59,647 nucleotides of DNA from Candidatus Doudnabacteria bacterium (GTDB taxonomy: Bacteria > Patescibacteriota > Dojkabacteria > J137 > JAEUSD01): the NCBI GenBank assembly GCA_016788825.1, contig JAEUSD010000004.1, positions 1-59,647 of the forward strand, written 5' to 3'. Made by a program: the position numbers and the translations under genes. Of this stretch, positions 18,890-29,534 are shown one piece after another. The stretch's first letter is position 1. Each line of letters starts with the position of its first letter. The notes under the pieces are model-generated. The model ran no database searches. It was not told where the DNA came from and worked only from the letters and a program-made list of their open reading frames with translations.

Positions 18890-19509
18890 GGCGTATCTGG
18901 GGTTGTCTTCTGCGGTTGGGGGTCGGTAAGCTTGATACCAAGTCCTTGAAGCAATCCTAACGCTTCGGGAAGTGAGAACTTAGCATCTTCTAACTTGTTT
19001 ATGGTTGGTGAGATTGTGTAGTTCTTAGCGTCCACAAAGTTGCACTTGCGGAGATCGCAATGCTCAAAAGTAGCTCCACTCAAATCTGAACCCTGGAATG
19101 AAGCCTCGTAGAGGTTTGTGTTTGCAAAAAATCCTTCTTTTATCGAACAATCTATAAACCTTTGGTGTGCAAGGTTGCAATGACTGAAATCCATGTAGTC
19201 GAGGTTGCAGTTTATGAAATCAAATGACTTCAAAACGCCAATGATACAGGTGAAGTCCGTGCGACTAATTCTGCAACCGGTAAAGATGCACTTTATTAGG
19301 GAGACTGAATCTAGTTTTGTAAGTGTGAAGTTGCAATTCTGGAACTCGCATTCTCTGAAGGTGCACTGTTTGAGCTTGCTTTCGGTGAAGTTGCAAGACA
19401 CAAACTTACATAGTTCAAACTCGACTGTAGAGATCTCCTGGTCGCTTAAATCGTGGTTCTTGAAGACTTTTTCTGTATATGTGTTTTCCGCTTTCCATGG
19501 CGTAGACAT
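18886..19509 (-). CDS. pentapeptide-repeat protein (Qnr/MfpA-like size)
   Basis: Continuous A(D/N)LxF-type pentapeptide periodicity (CNFTES, CTFREC, CNFTLT...) over about 180 aa. 4-nt convergent overlap with yebC. Confidence 0.85.
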   Translation of the reverse strand: MSTPWKAENTYTEKVFKNHDLSDQEISTVEFELCKFVSCNFTESKLKQCTFRECEFQNCNFTLTKLDSVSLIKCIFTGCRISRTDFTCIIGVLKSFDFINCNLDYMDFSHCNLAHQRFIDCSIKEGFFANTNLYEASFQGSDLSGATFEHCDLRKCNFVDAKNYTISPTINKLEDAKFSLPEALGLLQGLGIKLTDPQPQKTTPDTP

Positions 19510-19561
19510 GGCTAATCATACCACTGTTTCGTCAAAAAGCCGGAGTGGTGTAATATGTGCC

Positions 19562-20065
19562 ATGCAAAGAATCCTGGGAATCGATGTGGGTACGGCGATT
19601 GTGGGGTGGTCCGTCTTGGAAAAGTCCCCAACACATAAAAACGGTATGACCTTGATAGACTATGGCGTAATTACCACAGAATCAACCATCCCAATGCCAA
19701 AGCGGTTGGATGAGATTTTCCATAAACTACATGCTGTAATCGAATATTATAAGCCAACTCATTCAGCCATAGAGAGTCTGTTTTATTTCAAAAACCAGAC
19801 GACTGTGATGTCTGTGAGCCAGGGCAGAGGGGTGATACTGTTGGTGTGCCAGCAAAAAGATTTGGAAATAGCCGAATACACTCCTTTGCAGGTGAAACAA
19901 GCTGTGACGGGTTATGGGCGAGCAGAGAAGAAGCAAGTACAACAAATGGTGCGTGCTATACTGGGTTTGAAAGAAATTCCCAAACCTGATGATGCTGCTG
20001 ACGCAATTGCAATCGCAATCTGCCATGCCCAAACCATGGGAAATAGGTTAAAAACTGTTACTTAA
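19562..20065 (+). CDS. ruvC: crossover junction endodeoxyribonuclease RuvC
   Basis: MQRILGIDVGTAIVGWSV N-terminus and C-terminal DAADAIAIAICH. Start chosen at 19562; the 119-codon upstream extension in the ORF track is antisense to the pentapeptide gene. Confidence 0.9.
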   Translation: MQRILGIDVGTAIVGWSVLEKSPTHKNGMTLIDYGVITTESTIPMPKRLDEIFHKLHAVIEYYKPTHSAIESLFYFKNQTTVMSVSQGRGVILLVCQQKDLEIAEYTPLQVKQAVTGYGRAEKKQVQQMVRAILGLKEIPKPDDAADAIAIAICHAQTMGNRLKTVT

Positions 20066-20079
20066 TTGGTACGATTTAA

Positions 20080-20670
20080 ATGATTGGTCACATTAACGGA
20101 AAGGTATTAAATATCCTTGCAGACAAAACGATAATTGTGGGGACTGCTTCTGGTGTAGGTTATCGGTTAAATGTGGGAAATCAGGGTTTTTTGGTTGATC
20201 AGGCAGTGGCATTGTACGTTTATACTGCAGTTAGGGAGAATGAGATCTCTTTGTGGGGGTTTGAAAACATTGATAATCAGAAATTGTTTGAGTTGCTTTT
20301 GGGGGTAAATGGAATAGGATTGAAGACTGCTTTTACTTTGGTAAACGAGGTGGGGGGAGAGGCGATCGCGGCCGCGATCGCCTCGGGTGACCCAAAATTA
20401 ATTAAGGTTCCTGGAGTAGGGCCGAAGATTGCTGAACGGCTTATTTTGGAACTAAAAGGGAAGGTTGATCATATTTCTCCTACAGGTGCGGCCCAAAGCT
20501 CAGCCATGTCTGAGGCTGGCGGGCGTTCTGAGCTTGAGCAAGAAGCTGTCTCGGCCTTGGTGGCGCTAGGGTATAAGGACCAGGAGGTTGTGGCAGCGAT
20601 TCGCAAATTGAAGCCAGACGAGTTTAGTACTACTGAAAGTCTGGTGAAGGCTTTATTGACTAGGATTTAA
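20080..20670 (+). CDS. ruvA: Holliday junction DNA helicase subunit RuvA
   Basis: MIGHINGKV N-terminus, two HhH motifs (VNGIGLKTA, VPGVGPKIAERL), C-terminal domain III. Confidence 0.92.
   Translation: MIGHINGKVLNILADKTIIVGTASGVGYRLNVGNQGFLVDQAVALYVYTAVRENEISLWGFENIDNQKLFELLLGVNGIGLKTAFTLVNEVGGEAIAAAIASGDPKLIKVPGVGPKIAERLILELKGKVDHISPTGAAQSSAMSEAGGRSELEQEAVSALVALGYKDQEVVAAIRKLKPDEFSTTESLVKALLTRI
20359..20384. repeat. 26-nt perfect palindrome inside ruvA (GAGGCGATCGCGGCCGCGATCGCCTC)
   Basis: Read directly from the sequence. It encodes E-A-I-A-A-A-I-A-S and contains two GCGATCGC octamers flanking GCGGCCGC. Confidence 0.9.
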
Positions 20671-20676
20671 GTAGGT

Positions 20677-20682
20677 TATAAT
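20677..20682 (+). promoter_or_regulatory. TATAAT -10 box 7 nt upstream of the ruvB ATG (leaderless-type geometry)
   Basis: ggtTATAATaattaccATG. A TTGACT -35-like hexamer lies at 20656-20661 (15-nt spacer). Confidence 0.4.
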
Positions 20683-20689
20683 AATTACC

Positions 20690-21706
20690 ATGGATGATGA
20701 TAATCAACGAATTGCGAGCGGTAGTTTGTTAAACGATTCTGAAGAAGCAGTAGAACAAAGCCTTCGGCCGACAAGTTTTACAGAGGTGGTGGGACGTGAG
20801 CGCGAAAAGGAGAACCTGAGGGTGATGATTGAGTCGGCGCGCCAACGTGGTGCCGCGCTTGATCATATTCTTTTTCATGGGCCACCAGGCCTGGGGAAGA
20901 CTTCGCTAGCAATGGTAATTGCCAAAGAGATGGGGGTGGGATTACATGTGACTACAGGCCCAGCGATAAATAAAGCAGGGGATTTGGCAGCGATTGTGAC
21001 TTCTTTGGAGCCGAATTCGATATTATTCATTGACGAAGTTCACCGTCTAAGGCATCCGGTTGAGGAGATTCTTTATCCGGCGATGGAGGACCGAGCAATC
21101 GATATCATAATTGGTAAGGGGCCAAGTGCAAAAACCCTTCGGTTGGACCTGCCGCAGTTTACAATAGTTGCGGCGACTACTAAGTTGTCTATGTTGAGTG
21201 CGCCTTTGCGAGATAGGTTTGGGATCGATTTTCGGCTTGATTTTTATACAGAAGAGGAGTTGGCAGAAATTGTGCAACAAAAGGCGCAAAAACTCGGTAT
21301 AATTGTGCATCCTGACGCGGCCCGCGAAATAGCCAAACGCTCGCGTATGACGGCCAGAATCGCGGTCCGCATCCTTAAGCGAGTGAGAGATATTGCTGTG
21401 GTGGAGGGTAAGCACTCAGTTGATTTAGATAGTGTTTTGGCGGGCTTGAAGATGCTAAATATTGACGAGCTAGGGTTGGATGATATTGATCGGAGGCTTT
21501 TGCACAGTTTGGCTGTAAAATTCTCTGGTAAACCCGTGGGGTTGGGCACTCTGGCCGCAAGTATATCTGAAGAAGCGGCTACTGTAGAGGATGTATACGA
21601 ACCATTTTTGCTACGTCGGGGCTTGATCGAAAGGACACCACGAGGTAGAGCAATTACAGATCAGGGCACGGTATATATTCAGACTAAAAATTTAACTGCG
21701 TTATGA
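20690..21706 (+). CDS. ruvB: Holliday junction DNA helicase RuvB
   Basis: Walker A GPPGLGKTS, Walker B LFIDEVHRL, sensor and winged-helix C-terminus. Confidence 0.95.
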   Translation: MDDDNQRIASGSLLNDSEEAVEQSLRPTSFTEVVGREREKENLRVMIESARQRGAALDHILFHGPPGLGKTSLAMVIAKEMGVGLHVTTGPAINKAGDLAAIVTSLEPNSILFIDEVHRLRHPVEEILYPAMEDRAIDIIIGKGPSAKTLRLDLPQFTIVAATTKLSMLSAPLRDRFGIDFRLDFYTEEELAEIVQQKAQKLGIIVHPDAAREIAKRSRMTARIAVRILKRVRDIAVVEGKHSVDLDSVLAGLKMLNIDELGLDDIDRRLLHSLAVKFSGKPVGLGTLAASISEEAATVEDVYEPFLLRRGLIERTPRGRAITDQGTVYIQTKNLTAL

Positions 21707-22536
21707 TGACAACACGATTTAGAGCATTATCTTTGGCATCGGTTGCGACTGCGGTATTCTTTCTTTCTTTGCTTGGCGTAATCCCTGTGGCAGATTGGGT
21801 GGGGGCTCAGACAGCTTTGACGATCAATCTGTGGGTGGCGGTTGTGTCTTCTGTTGTGTTGGTTGTTGGGACACCCTGGGTGTTGTTCTTTAAGTCGAAG
21901 AATTGGTCTTTGGCCGTCTTGTCTTTCTTCCCTGGTGTGGCGCTTTTCCCTTATGTTCTTTTGGCAGATTCGGTCATCAAATCGGTCTTTTCGGACCTAG
22001 GGCAAATCTCTGCGGCGGCTGTCGCCGCCGCAATTTATTGGTTGGTGGCATACCTCCTAATTTTGACTGTAAATGTCCTAAATGGGTCACTGTTGTTTGG
22101 GATCCCTTTGGGACAGGCGGGTAAGGCTGCTCAATTTGTGTTTTCCCTAATTTCATCATACTTCTTAATTGCTTTTCTGTTTGGGGGAGAATTGGGGTTG
22201 GAAGTGCGGTTGTTGATGAGCGCCTTATTTATTTTTTATTACAGTTTCGCTTGTGTTTTCGTACTTCAAGTGACTTTCAAGGAGGTGTGGATGAGTAGTT
22301 TGGCAATCACATTGGTGATGATGATCGCGATTGTGGCGTTGTCATTGTGGCCGCTGAGCTCTGTCTATGCGACTTTGGCAGCGGTTGTAATGTTTTATAT
22401 CATGTTGAATGTCGCGGTGGAGGTGAGAGAGAAGATAGGGCAGGCTATTTGGGTGGAGTATGCAGTGCTCTTGGCTTTGATTATTATAATCTTGTTTACC
22501 AACGGGGTGTGGGGGATAAATGGACGATTGATCTAG
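21703..22536 (+). CDS. polytopic membrane protein, function unknown (translationally coupled to ruvB)
   Basis: ATGA overlap with the ruvB stop. About 8 hydrophobic helices by eye. No recognisable motif. Confidence 0.65.
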   Translation: MMTTRFRALSLASVATAVFFLSLLGVIPVADWVGAQTALTINLWVAVVSSVVLVVGTPWVLFFKSKNWSLAVLSFFPGVALFPYVLLADSVIKSVFSDLGQISAAAVAAAIYWLVAYLLILTVNVLNGSLLFGIPLGQAGKAAQFVFSLISSYFLIAFLFGGELGLEVRLLMSALFIFYYSFACVFVLQVTFKEVWMSSLAITLVMMIAIVALSLWPLSSVYATLAAVVMFYIMLNVAVEVREKIGQAIWVEYAVLLALIIIILFTNGVWGINGRLI

Positions 22537-22537
22537 A

Positions 22538-23617
22538 TTAGTCTGTGAAGGCACCTTCCAACTTGGCTAGGAATCTGTCTGGAAAGTTCTCTTTGCGTAG
22601 TGTAGGGGAATTTACTAAAATCAGCCTAAACGCCTCTCTGATTAAAGACTTCTGATTTGTCGTGTAGCCTTGGAGGTTATCAATTACCCTATCAAACCCT
22701 AGGTTTGGGTCGTCGAGATCGAAATTAGCAAGGAGGTTGAGAACATAGCTAGTAGATTCGTCTTCCAAAATATTTTGACCGGTTATTACCTCTAGTGCGG
22801 TTATTCCGAGAGAAAAGATCTCGCTGGCATAAATATCGTAGTCCTCCACGAACTTAGTTGCATGACTGCTCATGCTTCTTGCCCTTTCGGGCGAGCTATA
22901 GCGGACAGTAAGAGATGTGTAAATAGGGTCAGGAATTCTCGTGTCAGCGGCTACATTCTTTCGTTGATCGATACAGGATGTAAGATCGATAAACATTAGG
23001 TGGCCATCGTAGTATATGAGGTTTGCTGGTTTTATGTCACAGTGGTATATTCCCATCTTGTGGAGCTCTACGACCAGGTTCACCATTTGACGTATGATTG
23101 AGAACCTCTCTTTGACCGACAGTGTCGGTATGAGGTTGTTGAGGCTGAGAGAGTCCCCGTAGGTGGCATTCTCTATCTCTGTTCCGAGGTACGGTTTAAG
23201 CAGTAAGAAGTATCTCTTATCTGTTTCTATTAAGTCTATAACTCTGGCTGTAAATCCTCTATCACTTAATTCTGCCATCAATCGCGAACTTAAGATAAAT
23301 CGCTGTACTGCTCGGGCATACTGGTTGTTTTTAGAACCTGTGATCCTAAACCTTATGTGTTCGGAAATAGTAGATGGGTCGACTACGTTCGTGTAGGGTA
23401 AAAATTCCTTAGCTAAGAACTTATGTCCATTACGTTCTGCCACAAATATATCCCCCTCCCCACCCCTTGATAGGAAACCTATCAGCGTCATAATTGCCCC
23501 GTCACGTGTTTTAAGCTCGACCCTTTTAAAGGGGGGTTGCAGAGTAGGAGTGGGATTCTGGGGGGTCGTTGATGGCCGTGGTTCTTTTTCTAGTGGTGGG
23601 GCTAATAAATCGTCCAT
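22538..23617 (-). CDS. Hanks-type Ser/Thr protein kinase-like protein (soluble, no sensor domain)
   Basis: Gly-rich loop RGGEGDIF, FLAKEF (VAIK-like Lys), catalytic HCDIKPANL, DLT in place of DFG, SPE (APE-like). Confidence 0.8.
   Translation of the reverse strand: MDDLLAPPLEKEPRPSTTPQNPTPTLQPPFKRVELKTRDGAIMTLIGFLSRGGEGDIFVAERNGHKFLAKEFLPYTNVVDPSTISEHIRFRITGSKNNQYARAVQRFILSSRLMAELSDRGFTARVIDLIETDKRYFLLLKPYLGTEIENATYGDSLSLNNLIPTLSVKERFSIIRQMVNLVVELHKMGIYHCDIKPANLIYYDGHLMFIDLTSCIDQRKNVAADTRIPDPIYTSLTVRYSSPERARSMSSHATKFVEDYDIYASEIFSLGITALEVITGQNILEDESTSYVLNLLANFDLDDPNLGFDRVIDNLQGYTTNQKSLIREAFRLILVNSPTLRKENFPDRFLAKLEGAFTD
23405..23420. repeat. TTAGCTAA-family palindrome copy (TTCCTTAGCTAAGAAC)
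   Basis: Inside the kinase CDS (-), read as F-L-A-K-E. Confidence 0.9.
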
Positions 23618-23624
23618 ACCAAGT

Positions 23625-23630
23625 ATTATA
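23625..23630 (-). promoter_or_regulatory. TATAAT -10 box 7 nt upstream of the kinase ATG (leaderless-type geometry)
   Basis: The minus strand reads gagaTATAATacttggtATG. Confidence 0.4.
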
Positions 23631-23721
23631 TCTCATACTTGTTATTTGAGAGGGGGTTTCCTAAAAATATGGCAATAGAAGAGAGTGGTACGTAAAATAT
23701 GTTACGTAACTATGGGGTTAT

Positions 23722-23730
23722 TGTGGATAA
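23722..23730. promoter_or_regulatory. perfect DnaA-box 9-mer (TGTGGATAA) inside the 610-bp non-coding region
   Basis: Exact consensus match read in the sequence. Confidence 0.3.
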
Positions 23731-24227
23731 CTATAGGTCTTTCACTAATGAAATTAATGATAATTACGAAAGAGATTATAAGAATAGTAAGGTTGCATAA
23801 TTGGATATTTATGTCCCTGGTGAGAGAGGGGCTACTCTGAGAGAGGTGATGCCACTTTAGGTAGAGATACTTACTGAGTATAATTACCCTTATATTTAGT
23901 ATAATGTTGTTTCGACTGAGGAGGGAGGGGTTCTGTCAAACGTTCTATAAATTAACATTTGTACTCTTTGCCGGCAAAAAAATAATTATTTCTTATTATT
24001 TGTAACTTTCTAATCGGATCTATGCTTAGCCTTATTTCTTATCACCTTTAGACCCGACTTTTGGCAATTCCACCCATTATTTACCGCTCAAGTTGTGGAA
24101 ACCCTTTACTTGTAAGGGTTATAGTGAAATCGCGTTTAAATCGTTTTTAAGGGGTGTGCCAATTTAAGACGACTGAGAGGTCAGCTTCAAACGGTAGTTT
24201 CTGTTAGTTGGAGGTTAAATCCCAGAT

Positions 24228-26900
24228 TTAGATCACTGTGATAGCTGCCACACGGTCGCCATCTTTGACCTTCATCATAGTTACACCAGATGTCTGACGA
24301 TTACGTTCTGGAAGTTCTTGAGTTGGAACTCGCACAGCTTGGCCGTGTTCGCTCATTATCAGTAATTCGCGATCTGGGTGATCCAATACACGAGCTGCAA
24401 CTAGGTTTCCGGTTTTATCGTTCAGCCTAGCAGCAAATACACCAGAGCCGCCACGTTTTTGAATTGGGAATTGTTCCAATTTAGTAACTTTTCCAAAACC
24501 AAATTCAGAGATACATAATAAGAAGTCTTCGGTTTTGCGGATCACATCCATGGAAATAACTTCATCTTCTTTACGCAAGCTAATTCCGCGTACACCCATT
24601 GTTGCACGACCTGTTTCACGAACATCTTCCTCATGGAAATGGATAGATTTGGCTTCGCGGGTAACCAACATCAGGGTATCGTTGCCCGTTGTGGGTTTTA
24701 CCCAAACTAGTTCATCGCCCTCCTCTAGTTTGATTGAGATCAATCCACTATTGCGGATGTTTGCATATTCAGTGATTTCAGTCTTTTTGACTGTTCCACG
24801 ACGAGTAGCCATAAACAAGAATTTATACGCTCTACCCTCGTTTTCGGTTGCCTGCTCGCCTTCTTGAGTCACATCTTCATCCAAGATTTTTCCTTCCGGA
24901 CTGCGAGTCAAAACACTGGTAATCAATTCACCCTGGTTGATATTGATCAAATTGATTACAGGAACGCCTTTGGCTGTGCGGGTATTGTATTCAGGGATCT
25001 CAAATACACGCAAGGCAAATACACGTCCGTGATTGGTGAAGAACAGCACCTCATCATGAGTGCTACAGCTGAATACATGGCGGACAGAGTCATCTTCCTT
25101 GGTGGTCATGGCTTTTTTGCCTACGCCTCCACGGCCCTGTGTTTGGTAAGAATCGTTCTTAATGCGCTTGATATATCCTTGTTCACTGATCGTCACAAAC
25201 ACTTGTTCTTCGGCCACTAAGTCTTCCTCACTAATCTCTCCAGCTTTACCCTTATGTACTTTGGTGCGACGTTTATCTCCAAATTTCTCTTTCAACTGTG
25301 TAAGCTCTGTAGAGATGATTGACAACACCTCTTTGGGGTTTCCTAGGATCACCAAGGTAGATTTAATGTCTTTTAAGACTTGGTTGTATTCATCTTCGAT
25401 CTTTTGACGCTCCAGTGCTGACAAACGCCTAAGCTGCATATTCAAAATTGCAGTTGCTTGAATGTCCGACAACTTGAATTTCTCCATCAAAGTTACTTTG
25501 GCTACATCCGAATCCTTAGACTTGCGGATGATAGCGATGATCTCATCTAGGTGGTCGAGTGCAATCATCAAGCCTTCGAGAATGTGTTCGCGTTCTTTGA
25601 GTTTTGCTAATTCAAACTCGAAACTACGGATCAAAACCTGCTGACGATGATTTAAGAAAATGGTCAAAATCTGCTTGATATTCAATAGTTGCGGCTCGCC
25701 TTCTACCAAAGCAAGAATGTTTGCGTTGAAAGCTTTCTGAAGCTCTGTAAATTTGAACAGGTTGTTTTCTACAGCCTTTGGCTTGGCATCACGTTTCAGC
25801 TCGATAACCAAACGGATTCCTTGTCTGTTTGAAAGATCCTTGATGTCTGAAATTCCGGTCACTTTGCCGTCTTTGACAAGCTCAGCGATCTTGGCGACAA
25901 GTCTTTGCTTGTTTACCTGATAAGGAATTTCGGTGATTACGATCTGGAATTTCCCGCCTTTTAATTCTTCAATGGTGGAAATTCCACGTTGTAGAATGCG
26001 TCCACGGCCAGTCTCGTATACCTGGGCTACTTCTTTTGCGTCGAAAATTTCTCCGCCAGTTGGGAAATCGGGTCCTTTGATATGCTTCAATAAGTCACTG
26101 ATTTGTACCTCAGAAACAAACTCTGGGAAACGTTTGGCAGGCAAAGCATCTAAGTCCGCAACCGTTTTGATAGTGGTGTAGTCTGGTTTAGTGCTCTTTT
26201 CTGGATTGTACTCGCTGGTTCCTGCTGTAATTGTGGTCTGAAGTGCGTCCACGATTTCCCCTAAGTTATGAGGAGGAATCTTTGTCGCCATACCGACGGC
26301 GATACCCTCAGAACCGTTCAAAATCAAGTTTGGCAATAAAGCCGGAAGTACTTCAGGCTCAATTTCTAAGCCATCGTAGTTTGGATTCAAATCAACTGTG
26401 CGCTTGTCGATATTCCCCAGCATATCCTCGGAGTGTTTGTCCAAGCGCGCCTCGATATACCTTGCAGCTGCGTGTACATCTCCGTCGATAGATCCGAAGT
26501 TACCTTGACCTTCGATCAGAGGGTAACGCATGTTCCAATCTTGGGCCATACGGACCAAGGCATCTTCAATCGCGGCACTACCGTGTGGGTGGTATTTACC
26601 CATCACATCTCCGGAAATTCTAGCTACTTTTTTGAATGCACTCCCCGGCTTGATACCCATTTGGTGCATACCCCAGAGGATACGACGCTGCACAGGTTTC
26701 AATCCGTCGCGAGCGTCCGGTAGGGCGCGAGCGACGATCACACTCATCGCGTAGTTGATATATGAGCTTCTCAGTTCATCGACAATATTTGCTGGTTTTA
26801 CCCCTGGAGCCAATGGCTTAGTCTCTTCTGGTTGAACAGGAAGTTCAGCACTAGTCTCCTCGATTGATTCTTCAGTTGTAACTTTAGTTTCTTCTGCCAT
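24228..26900 (-). CDS. gyrA: DNA gyrase subunit A
   Basis: Active-site region AARYIEARL, QRRILW/GKYHPHG QRDR-like region, C-terminal beta-pinwheel repeats. Lies directly downstream of gyrB. Confidence 0.97.
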   Translation of the reverse strand: MAEETKVTTEESIEETSAELPVQPEETKPLAPGVKPANIVDELRSSYINYAMSVIVARALPDARDGLKPVQRRILWGMHQMGIKPGSAFKKVARISGDVMGKYHPHGSAAIEDALVRMAQDWNMRYPLIEGQGNFGSIDGDVHAAARYIEARLDKHSEDMLGNIDKRTVDLNPNYDGLEIEPEVLPALLPNLILNGSEGIAVGMATKIPPHNLGEIVDALQTTITAGTSEYNPEKSTKPDYTTIKTVADLDALPAKRFPEFVSEVQISDLLKHIKGPDFPTGGEIFDAKEVAQVYETGRGRILQRGISTIEELKGGKFQIVITEIPYQVNKQRLVAKIAELVKDGKVTGISDIKDLSNRQGIRLVIELKRDAKPKAVENNLFKFTELQKAFNANILALVEGEPQLLNIKQILTIFLNHRQQVLIRSFEFELAKLKEREHILEGLMIALDHLDEIIAIIRKSKDSDVAKVTLMEKFKLSDIQATAILNMQLRRLSALERQKIEDEYNQVLKDIKSTLVILGNPKEVLSIISTELTQLKEKFGDKRRTKVHKGKAGEISEEDLVAEEQVFVTISEQGYIKRIKNDSYQTQGRGGVGKKAMTTKEDDSVRHVFSCSTHDEVLFFTNHGRVFALRVFEIPEYNTRTAKGVPVINLININQGELITSVLTRSPEGKILDEDVTQEGEQATENEGRAYKFLFMATRRGTVKKTEITEYANIRNSGLISIKLEEGDELVWVKPTTGNDTLMLVTREAKSIHFHEEDVRETGRATMGVRGISLRKEDEVISMDVIRKTEDFLLCISEFGFGKVTKLEQFPIQKRGGSGVFAARLNDKTGNLVAARVLDHPDRELLIMSEHGQAVRVPTQELPERNRQTSGVTMMKVKDGDRVAAITVI

Positions 26901-26905
26901 TTGTT

Positions 26906-28831
<1,926 letters not shown>

Positions 28832-28950
28832 TTACTGTGGGACAGTGTCGGTTGATAGCTTACCATAACGTAGGTCGGGCTGTCATCAACCCTATCGGGC
28901 TGTACCGGTGATTATAACACCTAAGACAAGTAGCAGTTATAGATAAATTA

Positions 28951-28979
28951 AGGAGGGTTCCGCTTCGCGGAACCCTCCT
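28951..28979 (-). terminator. 12-13 bp GC-rich hairpin downstream of the VanZ-like/holB unit
   Basis: AGGAGGGTTCCG-cttcg-CGGAACCCTCCT. On the minus strand it is followed by TAATTTATCT. It lies between the VanZ-like stop and the gyrB start. Confidence 0.5.
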
Positions 28980-29004
28980 GTGCAAGCAAAAAACCTTACT
29001 TTCT

Positions 29005-29514
29005 TTATTCTTTCTTATGACCGCGATCCTGTAAGCGGTGCTTTACAGCCATCTCCAACTCACCAATTACAGGCATGGTGTAAACAATCAAGGCTGTAAG
29101 CAATACTGCCATAGTGCTTATCAAAATATCCTTGATATCTCCGCTACGTCCCTCTACTCCTGCATAAGTCTGGATCGCTTCATCGAAGATAGAGATAAGT
29201 ACAGTCACGAAAATTGTAACTAACACAACAAGTGTCTCAATTATCAACAAGAATTCAGTATCTTCTTTCGCTTCACGCTTGCTATGCCAGACTGCCAAAC
29301 GGCTTACGCTATTCTTCAAAGTTCCGATCACAGAACGATAAAGTAAGATAAACAACATGGCATACAAGAACATGCGGAACAATACTTTCAAAGCCTCGTT
29401 TCCAGCTCCCGCAGTCACATCAAGGTTAGGTAAAAAAGATAGCCAAAGTACTAAGGCTAAGAAGGCCAGGGTGCTACCCCAGATCCAAATGTAATAAGCT
29501 ACTCGCTTGCTCAT
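29005..29514 (-). CDS. VanZ-like family membrane protein
   Basis: Four TM helices and FDEAIQTY..GRSGDIKDILISTMAV, typical of VanZ-like proteins. Start chosen at MSKRVAYY (29514). Confidence 0.6.
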   Translation of the reverse strand: MSKRVAYYIWIWGSTLAFLALVLWLSFLPNLDVTAGAGNEALKVLFRMFLYAMLFILLYRSVIGTLKNSVSRLAVWHSKREAKEDTEFLLIIETLVVLVTIFVTVLISIFDEAIQTYAGVEGRSGDIKDILISTMAVLLTALIVYTMPVIGELEMAVKHRLQDRGHKKE

Positions 29515-29534
29515 GGCAGTGTTAATAAAATATG

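Noticed and set aside
19205-19561. A 119-codon N-terminal extension of the RuvC ORF in the ORF track (the ORF starts at 19205).
   Set aside because: It is antisense to the pentapeptide-repeat gene, where repeat periodicity keeps the opposite frame open. The peptide has no RuvC similarity. The canonical RuvC N-terminus, MQRILGIDVG, starts at 19562.
23618-24227. The 610-bp AT-rich gap as the chromosomal replication origin.
   Set aside because: It has only one perfect DnaA box and no dnaA or dnaN nearby. The flanking gene orientation (gyrBA pointing towards it, ruvCAB pointing towards it) is the opposite of what is expected around an origin. It is kept only as a low-probability alternative in the finding.
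23618-24227. RNase P RNA, tmRNA or SRP RNA hidden in the long gap.
   Set aside because: I could not find the conserved signature strings on either strand: GAGGAAAGUCC-type P4, a tmRNA tRNA-like end with GGUUCGA..CCA, or the SRP GGAA/AGCA domain IV motifs. An Infernal scan would be decisive.
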